From positions 12,458 through 76,457 of the forward strand of contig JAQBEH010000049.1 of NCBI GenBank assembly GCA_032124015.1: a DNA stretch of 64,000 nucleotides, given 5' to 3'. Position numbers and translations under genes: made by a program. This DNA is from Acidobacteriota bacterium. Its GTDB lineage: Bacteria > Acidobacteriota > Polarisedimenticolia > Polarisedimenticolales > DASRJG01. This document shows, one piece after another, positions 48,151 through 57,045 of the stretch. The stretch's first letter is position 1. Each line of letters opens with the position of its first letter. The notes below the pieces were generated by a model that saw only the letters and a list, made by a program, of their open reading frames with translations, searched no databases and was not told the origin of the DNA.

Positions 48151-48975
48151 ATGTCCAAGAAGAACCGGGAGCGCCGCGCAGGCGAAGGCGGCGATGATTC
48201 AGCAGGCGGCGGGGGAGGCGGGAGCATGGCTTGGCTCCCCATCCTCCTGGCTTCGGGTGCGTTGGTGCTGGGCTTTGTGGCCTGGACCGACACCAAGAAG
48301 GTCAAAGACGACACCTTGAAGCGTCTCGTCGACATGGATACGAAGCTCATCCAGATGCAGACGCAAGTCGCCAACGCCGCCAAGGCCAAGCCGGCGCCGC
48401 AGCAGGGTCCGGACCCGAACAAGGTCTACGCCGTCAATACGGCCGGCTCACCCTCCAAGGGGAACCCGACCGCGCCGATCGTCATAGCCGAGTTTTCCGA
48501 CTTCCAGTGACCTTTCTGCTCGAGGGTCGGTCCGACCCTCAATCAGATCGAGAAGGTTTACGGCGATCAGGTCAAGGTGGTCTGGAAGAATCTCCCGCTG
48601 TCGTTCCATCCGAATGCGATGCCGGCGGCGCTCGCGGCCATGGCCGCGAACGATCAGGGCAAGTTCTGGGAGATGCACGACAAGATCTTCGAGAACCAAA
48701 AAACGATGAACCGCGATCAGTACATCGCCTACGCCAAAGAGCTGAAGCTCGACGTGGCGAAGTTCACGAAAGCGTTGGACGACGCCGCGTTCAAAGCACA
48801 GATCGAGGCCGACATGGCCGACGCGGGCAAGCTCGGCGTCAGCGGGACGCCGGGATTTTTCGTCAACGGGAAGTTCCTCTCGGGCGCCAAGCCGTTCGGG
48901 GAGTTCGCGACGGCCATCAACGCCGAGCTGAAGCGGCTCAACCTGCCGATCCCTGCGGGGGCGCCGGCCAGCTAG
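48151..48975 (+). CDS. membrane-anchored DsbA-family thiol:disulfide oxidoreductase, probable selenoprotein (UGA 48508..48510 read as Sec; active site U-P-F-C)
   Basis: ORFs 48151..48510 and 48577..48975 are in the same frame and are separated only by one TGA. Read-through gives ...PIVIAEFSDFQ-U-PFCSRVGPTLNQIEKVYGDQVKVVWKNLPLSFHPNAMPAALAAMAANDQGKFWEMHD..., the standard DsbA/Thioredoxin_4 layout with the TGA exactly at the first Cys of CPFC. An N-terminal TM helix (WLPILLASGALVLGFVAW) is present, and a SECIS-like hairpin follows. Confidence 0.75.
48516..48546 (+). promoter_or_regulatory. bacterial SECIS-like stem-loop
   Basis: It starts 11 nt after the UGA. The upper stem is GAGGGUC/GACCCUC (7 bp, 48522..48528 / 48534..48540) with apical loop GGUCC (G in the first positions, followed by U). 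The lower pairing is CUG/CAG across an internal loop. Confidence 0.55.
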
Positions 48976-48985
48976 CGCTCCGGCA

Positions 48986-49026
48986 CCGGACGTCGAAAAG
49001 GGGAGTGTCCCCTTTTCGACATCCGG
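48986..49026 (+). terminator. long perfect hairpin after the DsbA-like gene
   Basis: CCGGA-c-GTCGAAAAGGGGA-gtg-TCCCCTTTTCGAC-a-TCCGG, giving a 13-bp perfect core stem. It begins 11 nt after the stop codon. Confidence 0.6.
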
Positions 49027-49059
49027 TACCGGGACGCTCCCGGCTAGAATGCTCGGCTG

Positions 49060-50526
49060 ATGTCCTCACGCCTACGAATCCTCATCCTCAGCGCCGAAGT
49101 CGCCCCGTTCGCCAAGACGGGAGGCCTGGGGGATGTGGCGGGAGCGCTCCCCAAAGCGCTCGCAAGCCTCGGCCACGACGTGCGCGTGGTCATGCCCGCG
49201 TATCAGGCGCAAGAGCGAGCGGTGCGAGCCGGGGAGGGCGGATTCGCCCCGCTTCCCGGCACGTTGACGGTCCCCACGGGTGGGGGGCCGATTGAGGCCG
49301 GAGTCATCCAGACGGTGCTTCCCGGGAGCGACGTTCCCGTCTACCTCATCGCGGAGCGCAGCCTCTTCGACCGGCCGAACATCTACGGCTACGACGACGA
49401 TCCGTACCGGTTTGCCTTCTTCTCGCGCGCCGCGCTCGAGCTCACGGCTGCTTTGGGCTTTCGTCCCGACGTCGTGCACGCGCACGACTGGCACTCCGCG
49501 CCCGCGGTGATGTGGCTCGACACCGCGGGGCGCGTCGACGGCCGGTTCGGCGATGTCGCGACGGTGTTCACGATCCACAACCTCGCGCATCAGGGGCGCA
49601 GTTCGCGGCGCGTTGCGCGCTACCTCGGCGTCGACGTCCCGCCGCTGCTCGACGAGAGCGGTTGGGACGAGGTCAACTTCATGGCGCGGGGGATCGCTCA
49701 CGCGACGCTGGTTTCCACCGTCAGTCCGACCTACGTGCGCGAGATCATGACGCCTCAAGGCGGCAACGGCCTCGACCCGCTCCTTCGCGCCCGGCAACAC
49801 GACGTCCACGGCGTCCTGAACGGCCTCGACTACGACGTCTGGAATCCGGCGACCGACCCGAGCCTCGTCCTCGATTTCGACGCGGCGCGGCCCGATCGGC
49901 GCGTGGCGAACAAGCTGGCGCTGCAGGATCGATTGGGACTGCAGCGAGACGCGAGGGTTCCGCTGGTCGGGATGGTCACGCGGCTCGACGCGCAAAAGGG
50001 AATGGAGATCACGGGGCACGTGATCCACCTCCTGATGAGCGGCCTGGCAGGCGAGGCGCAGTTTGTCGTGTTGGGGACCGGGGCCAAGCGGTACGAGGAT
50101 GCCTTCGCGCACCTGGCCGGCTACCACCCCCGCAAGATGGCCGCGGTATTGGCCTTCTCCTCGGATCTGGCGCCGCAAATCTACGCCGGGAGCGATCTGT
50201 TCCTGATGCCGTCCCTGTTCGAGCCGTGCGGATTGGGGCAGCTCATCGCCATGCGCTACGGCAGCGTGCCGGTCGTGCGCAGCACGGGAGGTTTGGCCGA
50301 CACCGTAGGGGACGGGCACACCGGATTCACCTTTCACGAGTTCACGGCCGATGCGTTTTGGATGGCCCTGCAGCGCGCGCTTCTCGTGCACAACACGGAC
50401 GCGGAGGCGTGGGCGAGGCTGCAACGCAACGGGATGGCGGCCAACTTCTCGTGGGCCGACGCGGCCTACGGTTACGAGCAGCTTTACGAGCGGGCGATCT
50501 CCCGCACGCGAACGGCCCGCGGATGA
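49060..50526 (+). CDS. glgA: glycogen (starch) synthase, GT5
   Basis: RILILSAEVAPFAKTGGLGDVAGALPKAL (KTGGL motif), with PSLFEPCGLGQL near the C-terminus. Confidence 0.95.
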   Translation: MSSRLRILILSAEVAPFAKTGGLGDVAGALPKALASLGHDVRVVMPAYQAQERAVRAGEGGFAPLPGTLTVPTGGGPIEAGVIQTVLPGSDVPVYLIAERSLFDRPNIYGYDDDPYRFAFFSRAALELTAALGFRPDVVHAHDWHSAPAVMWLDTAGRVDGRFGDVATVFTIHNLAHQGRSSRRVARYLGVDVPPLLDESGWDEVNFMARGIAHATLVSTVSPTYVREIMTPQGGNGLDPLLRARQHDVHGVLNGLDYDVWNPATDPSLVLDFDAARPDRRVANKLALQDRLGLQRDARVPLVGMVTRLDAQKGMEITGHVIHLLMSGLAGEAQFVVLGTGAKRYEDAFAHLAGYHPRKMAAVLAFSSDLAPQIYAGSDLFLMPSLFEPCGLGQLIAMRYGSVPVVRSTGGLADTVGDGHTGFTFHEFTADAFWMALQRALLVHNTDAEAWARLQRNGMAANFSWADAAYGYEQLYERAISRTRTARG

Positions 50527-52631
50527 AGGCGCCGATCCGGTTGGCTCTGATCTGGCATTTCCATCAGCCCGACTACACCGACCCCGAGACGTCCGCACCC
50601 ATCATGCCCTGGACGCGTCTCCATGCGCTCAAGGATTACGCCGACATGGCCGCGTTCCTCGCGCGTCATCCGACGATACGCGCCACCTTCAACGTCGTGC
50701 CGACGCTTCTCGATCAGATGCAAGCGCTCGCCTCGGGGGGACTGCGTCCGGATCCGTTTCTGGCCCTCGCGCTGAAAGATCCTGCCGAACTCACCTTCGA
50801 GGAGCGGGCCTTCGTCATCGGTCACTTCTTCTCGTTGAATCGCGACATGATGGCGGTGGGCCTCAAGCGATTGAACGAACTGCATGCCCTGCGTGGCGAC
50901 GAGCCGGCCGCAGCGATCGGAAAGGTCGTGGTTGATCGCTTCGACGACCAGGCGCTTTGCGACCTCCAGGTGCTGTTCCACCTCGCCTGGAGCGGGCCGC
51001 TATTGCAGGCCGACCCTTTGATCGCGGGCCTTCGCGCGAAGGGGCGAGGCTACACTGCAGACGACAAGCAAGCGCTTTTTACGCGCCACGGGGAGTTTCT
51101 CGCCGACGTCATCCCGCGGTGGCGGCGGCTCTACGATGCCGAGCAGATCGAGCTGTCGGTCACGCCTTACTACCACCCGATTCTGCCCCTCCTGTGCGAC
51201 CTGAATTCGGCGCTCGAGGCCCTTCCCGACCTGCGTCTCCCGGCGGCCCGATTCCAGGGTGTGGAGGATGCCGATCTACAGCTCGTGAAGGGGATGGAGG
51301 CGTTCCATGCGACCTTCGGCCGGAAGGCCGCGGGCGGATGGCCGTCGGAAGGCGCGATCTCCGAGCGGTCGCTCGAACGGATGGGTGCTGCGGGGTATCG
51401 CTGGGCCGCGAGCGACGAGGACGTTCTCTTCGCGTCGATTGGCGAGGTCCTCCCGGCCGAACAGACCGCTAGGGAAGCACGGCGGGCCGAGTTGCTCTAC
51501 CGTCCGTGGCGCTACAGCGACGGCCCCGTGCTCTTGTTCCGGGACCACGATCTTTCCGACCGGATCGGATTCGCCTACGCCACGCGCGCTCCGGAAGACG
51601 CGGCGCGCGATTTCCTCTCGCGTTTGTTGCATCTGCGCGCGCTACTCCCCGACGACGACACGCCCTACGTCGTCAGCGTGATCCTGGACGGCGAGAACGC
51701 GTGGGAGCACTACCCGGAGCACGCCGCGCCGTTTTTCGATGCGCTCTACGGCGCGCTCGCCGCCGAGTCCGGTATCGAAACCGTCACCGCGTCGGAGGCG
51801 GCGAGGGCGGACAGCGCGCGGCCCCTTCCCCGCGTTGTCGCCGGATCGTGGATCTATCGCAACCTCGCGACCTGGGTCGGGCATCCCGAAAAAAACCGTG
51901 CATGGGAATTGCTGGCCGCGGCCCGCGAGGCGATCGTAAGAGCCGCGGGAGCACCGCGATGGGACGACCCGGCGTGGCGCATGATCTTGGCGGCCGAGGG
52001 GAGCGATTGGTTCTGGTGGTACGGCGACGATCACCCGACCGAGTACGGCGCGGAATTCGACGCGGGATTTCGCGACAAGCTGCGGGGGGCCTATGCCGCG
52101 GCCGGGTTGCCCGTGCCGTCCGTGCTCGACGAGCCGATCCGCAAAACCCAGGTTCGAGGCCAGATGCCGCCTTCGGGGCCGGTGCATGCCCGGATCGACG
52201 GGCGCGTCGGCGACTACTTCGAATGGCGCACCGCGGGGCACGTGACGTGCATCTACGGCGCGATGCACGCCGCGGTCCGCTTCGCGCGAGAGCTGTTTTT
52301 CGGCACCGACGGGACGGCGCTTTTCGTGAGGCTCGATCCGTTCGAGCCGGGGGCGCTGGACGGCACGACGATCGTGTTGCGAACGCCGGCGGCAGACGCG
52401 GCTGCTCTCCAGTCCAAGGCCGGCGAATCTTCGGGGGATCTGATCACCGCGCTCGACCGCGTGGTCGAACTGTCCGTGCCGTTCGATCGTCTCGCCGAAG
52501 CAGGAGCGCCCGCGCGTTTCGCGATCGAGATCAGAAACGCGGACGGCGCCACGCAGCGGATCCCGGGAGACGGCTTCGTCGAGTTGGCGCGGCCGGATGA
52601 CGACCCGTCCCGTTACGATTGGTTTGTCTGA
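50523..52631 (+). CDS. glycoside hydrolase family 57 protein (alpha-glucan branching/processing enzyme)
   Basis: Start at MKAPIRLALIWHFHQPDY (overlaps the glgA stop, ATGA). GH57 regions: HQP.Y, GQIELSVTPYYHPILPLL, WPSEGAISE, ILDGENAWEHY. Confidence 0.9.
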   Translation: MKAPIRLALIWHFHQPDYTDPETSAPIMPWTRLHALKDYADMAAFLARHPTIRATFNVVPTLLDQMQALASGGLRPDPFLALALKDPAELTFEERAFVIGHFFSLNRDMMAVGLKRLNELHALRGDEPAAAIGKVVVDRFDDQALCDLQVLFHLAWSGPLLQADPLIAGLRAKGRGYTADDKQALFTRHGEFLADVIPRWRRLYDAEQIELSVTPYYHPILPLLCDLNSALEALPDLRLPAARFQGVEDADLQLVKGMEAFHATFGRKAAGGWPSEGAISERSLERMGAAGYRWAASDEDVLFASIGEVLPAEQTAREARRAELLYRPWRYSDGPVLLFRDHDLSDRIGFAYATRAPEDAARDFLSRLLHLRALLPDDDTPYVVSVILDGENAWEHYPEHAAPFFDALYGALAAESGIETVTASEAARADSARPLPRVVAGSWIYRNLATWVGHPEKNRAWELLAAAREAIVRAAGAPRWDDPAWRMILAAEGSDWFWWYGDDHPTEYGAEFDAGFRDKLRGAYAAAGLPVPSVLDEPIRKTQVRGQMPPSGPVHARIDGRVGDYFEWRTAGHVTCIYGAMHAAVRFARELFFGTDGTALFVRLDPFEPGALDGTTIVLRTPAADAAALQSKAGESSGDLITALDRVVELSVPFDRLAEAGAPARFAIEIRNADGATQRIPGDGFVELARPDDDPSRYDWFV

Positions 52632-52668
52632 CCCGTCGTCTAGAATGGGCGCTTTCCAAGGAGTGACG

Positions 52669-53694
52669 ATGAAGACGGTAGGCATCTTGACCGGCGGCGG
52701 GGACGCGCCGGGGTTGAACGCGGTGATTCGAGCGATCGTCAGACGCTCGCTCCCGCGCGGGTACCGGATGGTCGGCATCCGTCACGGCTGGCGAGGCCTG
52801 CTGGAAAAAGAAACCGTCGAACTCGACGCGCAGGCGGCCTCCGGGATCCTCCATCGCGGAGGGACGATTCTGGGCACCTCGCGCACGAATCCGTACAAGA
52901 CGGTCGAGGACGCCCGCGCGGCCGAGGCGAACTTCACCGCGTTGGGACTCGACGCGTTGATCGCCATCGGTGGCGAGGACACGTTAGGCGTCGCGGCGAA
53001 ACTGTCGGCGGCGGGTTTTCCTGTCGTGGGTGTCCCGAAGACGATCGACAACGACCTGTCCGGCACCGACACTACGTTCGGCTTCAACACCGCGGTCGCG
53101 ATTGCCACCGAGGCGATCGACCGGCTTCACTCGACCGCCGAGTCTCACGACCGCGTCATCGTCTGCGAGGTGATGGGCCGCCACGCGGGATGGATCGCGC
53201 TGCACTCCGGGATGGCCGGCGGGGCCGATTTCATCCTGATCCCCGAGCGCCCGATCGACATCGAGGCGGTCTGCGCGGCCGTTTTACGCCGGCGCGCCCG
53301 CGGGATCCACTTCTCGATCATCGTCGCGGCCGAGGGGGCGATCCTCCCCGAGGGTGAGATCAAAAAAAAGACCGAGACCGACGCGTTCGGCCACGTCTTG
53401 CTCGGCGGCATCGGAGAACGGCTCGCAAAAGAGATCGAAAAGCGCACGGGGAGCGAGACGCGCTCGGTTCAGCTCGGGCACGTCCAACGCGGCGGCACGC
53501 CGACCGCATTCGACCGCTGGCTCGGCTCCCGCTACGGTCTGCTTGCGGCCGACATGGTGCACGACGGACGTTTCGGCATGATGGCCGCGTATTGCGGGGG
53601 CGTTTTCATGCCCGTGCCGCTGGCGTCGGCGGTCGCGTCGTTGAAGACGGTGCCTCCTGAGCTCATCGATCTGGCCTCCGCACTGTTCGCGTAA
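52669..53694 (+). CDS. pfk: 6-phosphofructokinase (GGEDT / PKTIDND type; ATP versus PPi specificity not decidable by eye)
   Basis: MKTVGILTGGGDAPGLNAVIRA, IGGEDTLG, PKTIDNDL, MGRHAGWIAL. An AAGGAG SD sits upstream. Confidence 0.95.
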   Translation: MKTVGILTGGGDAPGLNAVIRAIVRRSLPRGYRMVGIRHGWRGLLEKETVELDAQAASGILHRGGTILGTSRTNPYKTVEDARAAEANFTALGLDALIAIGGEDTLGVAAKLSAAGFPVVGVPKTIDNDLSGTDTTFGFNTAVAIATEAIDRLHSTAESHDRVIVCEVMGRHAGWIALHSGMAGGADFILIPERPIDIEAVCAAVLRRRARGIHFSIIVAAEGAILPEGEIKKKTETDAFGHVLLGGIGERLAKEIEKRTGSETRSVQLGHVQRGGTPTAFDRWLGSRYGLLAADMVHDGRFGMMAAYCGGVFMPVPLASAVASLKTVPPELIDLASALFA

Positions 53695-53735
53695 CGCGCG
53701 CGGCAGGTACCGCCGGCCCGCGGGAAGGGAATGAG

Positions 53736-54767
53736 ATGTCCGAGCTTCGTCACGATCCGCTCTCGAAACGCTGGGTGATCATCGCCAACGAGAGGAGCCG
53801 CCGCCCCGAAGACTTCGCTGATGGCTGGGAGGCGCGGCGCGAGGGCGGGTTCTGCCCGTTTTGTCCCGGCAGCGAGGACAAGACCCCCGGCGAGATCGCC
53901 GCGGTAAGGCCCGGCGGCGGGGGGGCGAACGGCCCCGGCTGGGACGTGCGGGTCATCCCGAACAAGTACCCGGCGCTGTCCATCGAGGGGACGCTCGACC
54001 GTCAGGGGGTCGGCCTCTACGACCGGATGCGCGGTGTCGGAGCGCACGAGGTCGTGATCGAATCGCCCCTCCACGACCTGCATATGGGGGACATGGAGCC
54101 CGGCGCCCTAACCACCGTGCTCGCCCTCTGCCAGGACCGCATGCGCGACCTCGGCCGGGACCCGCGGTTCAAGTACGTGCTCCTGTTCAAAAACCACGGC
54201 GCCGCCGCCGGGGCCACGCTGAGCCACCCGCACCTGCAGCTCATCGCGACGCCGGTGACCCCGCGCGCCATCTCGGTCGAGCTGGATTCCGCTCGCGAGC
54301 ATTTTCACCTGAAGGAGCGCTGCATCTTCTGCGACATGCTCGAGCAGGAGCTCCAATCGCGCGATCGCATCGTGGCGTTGGACGAGCACTTCGCCGTCGT
54401 CGCCCCCTACGCGTCCCGCTTCCCTTTCGAGCTGATGATCCTCCCGCGCCGGCACAACCATGCGTTCACCGACGAGTCGCGCCTGACCCTGGCGGCGCTC
54501 GCGCGAACGCTGAAAGAAACGCTCGCCCGGTTGAAGAGCGTCCTGCGCGATCCGCCCTACAATTTCGTGCTGCACTCGAGCCCGAACACCGAGTTACTGG
54601 TGCGCCGCCGCCACTACTGGGACACCCTGCCGTTCGATTTCCACTGGCACATCGAGATTCTCCCCCGCCTTACCCGCGTCGCGGGGTTCGAGTGGGGGAC
54701 CGGGTTCTACATCAACCCGACCGCACCGGAAGAAGCGGCGACGTTCCTGCGTGACGCGGTGATCTAG
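53736..54767 (+). CDS. galT: galactose-1-phosphate uridylyltransferase family (GalT-type HIT nucleotidyltransferase; possibly a sugar-nucleotide phosphorylase)
   Basis: MSELRHDPLSKRWVIIANERSRRP, zinc site CPFCPG, active site SHPHLQLIA (HxHxQ). Confidence 0.85.
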   Translation: MSELRHDPLSKRWVIIANERSRRPEDFADGWEARREGGFCPFCPGSEDKTPGEIAAVRPGGGGANGPGWDVRVIPNKYPALSIEGTLDRQGVGLYDRMRGVGAHEVVIESPLHDLHMGDMEPGALTTVLALCQDRMRDLGRDPRFKYVLLFKNHGAAAGATLSHPHLQLIATPVTPRAISVELDSAREHFHLKERCIFCDMLEQELQSRDRIVALDEHFAVVAPYASRFPFELMILPRRHNHAFTDESRLTLAALARTLKETLARLKSVLRDPPYNFVLHSSPNTELLVRRRHYWDTLPFDFHWHIEILPRLTRVAGFEWGTGFYINPTAPEEAATFLRDAVI

Positions 54768-54818
54768 GGACCAATTCGGGAGCGTCTCGGACTCGAGGCG
54801 CGACCCAACCGCGGGTAC

Positions 54819-54844
54819 AATTCCAGCGGGTCTTCCGCGGAATT
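54819..54844 (+). other. hairpin between galT-like and kinase genes (possible attenuator/terminator)
   Basis: AATTCC-a-GCGG-gtctt-CCGC-GGAATT, flanked by further partial complementarity (GCGGGTAC...GTAGCCCGC). Confidence 0.3.
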
Positions 54845-54872
54845 CCTCGCCGTAGCCCGCTGGTGCCGGACG

Positions 54873-56702
54873 ATGCGAAGGAGGGCGATGGGGGCAATCA
54901 CGCACAAGGACCAGCGAAGCAAGTTCGACGCGTTCTTCCCGGGGCGGGCGGACGAATTCTTGCGCATGCTCGGCGCCTGGTCGATCCCGTTCGCCCTATT
55001 GGACGCCGATGACGCGGTGCTCTTTTGGAACCTGGGCGCCGTCAAGTTCTACGGCCTCGGCGAGGAGGAGGCCCTCGGAAAGAAGTTCGCCGAGCTCGTA
55101 GCCGAGGAAGCGACGATCCCCGAAGCTCCGCTCGGTGGAGTCAGGACCCGGCGTTACGAAGCGCTGCATCAAAGTGCGGACGGCATCGAGCTTCCCGTCA
55201 TGGTCACGCGCACCGATCTCCCGGCAAGCGACGGGAGGGAGGGGGCGTTCGTCCTCATCACCGACCTGACGGAGTCCAAGTCGCTCGAACGGCGGCTGGC
55301 GCGTCGTGTCGCGCAACTGTCGATCATCCGCGAGATCGGCGAGTGCCTGCAATCGGCGATGAGTCCCGAGCGGATCCTGCACACCATTCTGGTCGGCGCG
55401 ACGGCCAGCATGGGCCTGCGGTTTAACCGCGCCTTCTTGCTCTTGGTCGACGAGCGCCACGGCGTGCTTCGCGGACGCGACGCCATCGGCCCCGCGGACA
55501 CGGAGGAGGCGCAGAGAATCTGGTCCCGCCTCTCCACGGGCGGAAAGACGCTGCGCGATCTCGTGGATGACTACGAGCCGCTCATCGACGGGGAGGAGCC
55601 GCGCGTTCTCGAGATCGCACGCCTGCTCTCCGCCAAGCTCGATGACGAGACCTCCTTCGTCGTCGCCGCGCTGAACGCGACGGCGACGACGCGCGTGGTC
55701 GACGGGCACGTGGTCTCGGGCGACGCACCGTCCCCTTATCGAATCATCGGCATATTGGGCATCGACGCCTTCGTGGCGGTGCCGCTGACGACCGATGGAA
55801 AGCCGGTGGGCCTGCTTCTCGCGGACAATGCGATCACGCGCCGCGCGATCACCGACGAAGACGTGGACATCCTGGAACTGCTCGGCCTGCAGGCCGGCCA
55901 AGCGTTGGCGCGGGCGCATCTGACCGAAGAGCTGGCCCGCCAGGTCGCCTCGCTCGAGGCGGCAACGAGAGAACTGAGACGCAACCAGGAGAGGGTGGTG
56001 CGATCGGAGCGCTTGAGCGCCATCGGCGAGATGGCCGCCCGCGTGGCGCACGAAATCCGGAATCCGCTCGTCGCGATCGGCGGCTTCGCCCGCTCGCTCC
56101 TGCTTCGTCCCGAAGAACAAGATTCAGCGACAAGGGAGGCGCTGGAGATCATCGTGAACGAGGTGCGGCGGCTCGAGACCATCGTCAAGGAGGTTCTCGA
56201 GTTCTCCCGTCCGGCGCCGCCCAAGATCGGATCGGTACCCTTGAGGCGGCTCGCCCAGGAGGCGCTCGACCTGCTGGCGTGGGAGCTCGATCACGTGGGG
56301 GTCGTCGGACGGGTCGAAGAGGCGCCCGGCACGCCCGAAGCCGCCGCCGACAGCGACCAGATTTTCCACGCGGTCATCAATCTGCTGCGAAACGCGGTGC
56401 ACGCGATGCCGCATGGGGGCGAGCTCCTCGTCCGCCTGCGCGGCGTTCCCTACGGTGTCGAAATGGCGATCGTGGACACCGGCGTCGGCATGTCGGAAGA
56501 TGTCCTCGCACGTGCTCAGGAGGCGTTTTACACAACGAAACCAAACGGATCCGGCCTCGGCCTGACCATCGCGTCGCTCATCGCGCGCGATCACAACGGC
56601 GAGGTCCGGATCGAGAGCCGGGAAGGGGAGGGCACGACGGTCACGCTGCGTCTCCCCGCGGCGACGGAGGGTGAGACCGATGCCCAAGATCCTGATCATT
56701 GA
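54873..56702 (+). CDS. PAS-GAF sensor histidine kinase
   Basis: N-terminal PAS-like region and a central GAF-like region. H-box MAARVAHEIRNPL, N-box LLRNAVHAM, G-boxes DTGVGM and GSGLGL. Confidence 0.85.
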   Translation: MRRRAMGAITHKDQRSKFDAFFPGRADEFLRMLGAWSIPFALLDADDAVLFWNLGAVKFYGLGEEEALGKKFAELVAEEATIPEAPLGGVRTRRYEALHQSADGIELPVMVTRTDLPASDGREGAFVLITDLTESKSLERRLARRVAQLSIIREIGECLQSAMSPERILHTILVGATASMGLRFNRAFLLLVDERHGVLRGRDAIGPADTEEAQRIWSRLSTGGKTLRDLVDDYEPLIDGEEPRVLEIARLLSAKLDDETSFVVAALNATATTRVVDGHVVSGDAPSPYRIIGILGIDAFVAVPLTTDGKPVGLLLADNAITRRAITDEDVDILELLGLQAGQALARAHLTEELARQVASLEAATRELRRNQERVVRSERLSAIGEMAARVAHEIRNPLVAIGGFARSLLLRPEEQDSATREALEIIVNEVRRLETIVKEVLEFSRPAPPKIGSVPLRRLAQEALDLLAWELDHVGVVGRVEEAPGTPEAAADSDQIFHAVINLLRNAVHAMPHGGELLVRLRGVPYGVEMAIVDTGVGMSEDVLARAQEAFYTTKPNGSGLGLTIASLIARDHNGEVRIESREGEGTTVTLRLPAATEGETDAQDPDH

Positions 56703-57045
56703 AGACGAGAAAAACCTTCGCATACTCTACCAACAAGACTTCGAGCGCGACGGCTTCGAGGTGGTCACGGCGGCGACCGCCGCGGAGGGGCTGGCGATGG
56801 TTCAGGACGAAGCGCCCGACCTCGTCGTCATGGACATCCGCCTTCCGGGGATGGATGGGCTCGAGGCGATGAGCCGTCTTCTCGACAAGAACCCGAAGAT
56901 CCCGGTCGTCCTGAATTCAGCCTACTCGTCCTACAAGGACAGTTTCATGAGCTGGTCGGCGGACGCTTACGTCGTGAAGTCGGCCGACACCGGCGAGCTG
57001 CGCGCGCGGGTGCGAGAGCTGATCGCCTCCCGCGCGGACAGCTGA
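56680..57045 (+). CDS. single-domain (CheY-like) response regulator
   Basis: MPKILIIEDE...DLVVMDIRLPGMDGLE...PVVLNSAYS...YVVKS has the canonical DD/D/S/K receiver residues and no output domain. It overlaps the kinase 3' end by 23 nt, and its stop overlaps the glgC start (TGATG). Confidence 0.85.
   Translation: MPKILIIEDEKNLRILYQQDFERDGFEVVTAATAAEGLAMVQDEAPDLVVMDIRLPGMDGLEAMSRLLDKNPKIPVVLNSAYSSYKDSFMSWSADAYVVKSADTGELRARVRELIASRADS

Noticed and set aside
48508-48576. DsbA-like gene read as a pseudogene, or as two independent genes (48151..48510 and 48577..48975)
   Set aside because: The second ORF would begin in the middle of the thioredoxin fold and lack its active site. The single stop is a TGA exactly at the catalytic Cys position and is followed by a SECIS-like hairpin. 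Decay by a single TGC/TGT-to-TGA mutation cannot be excluded without the rest of the genome.
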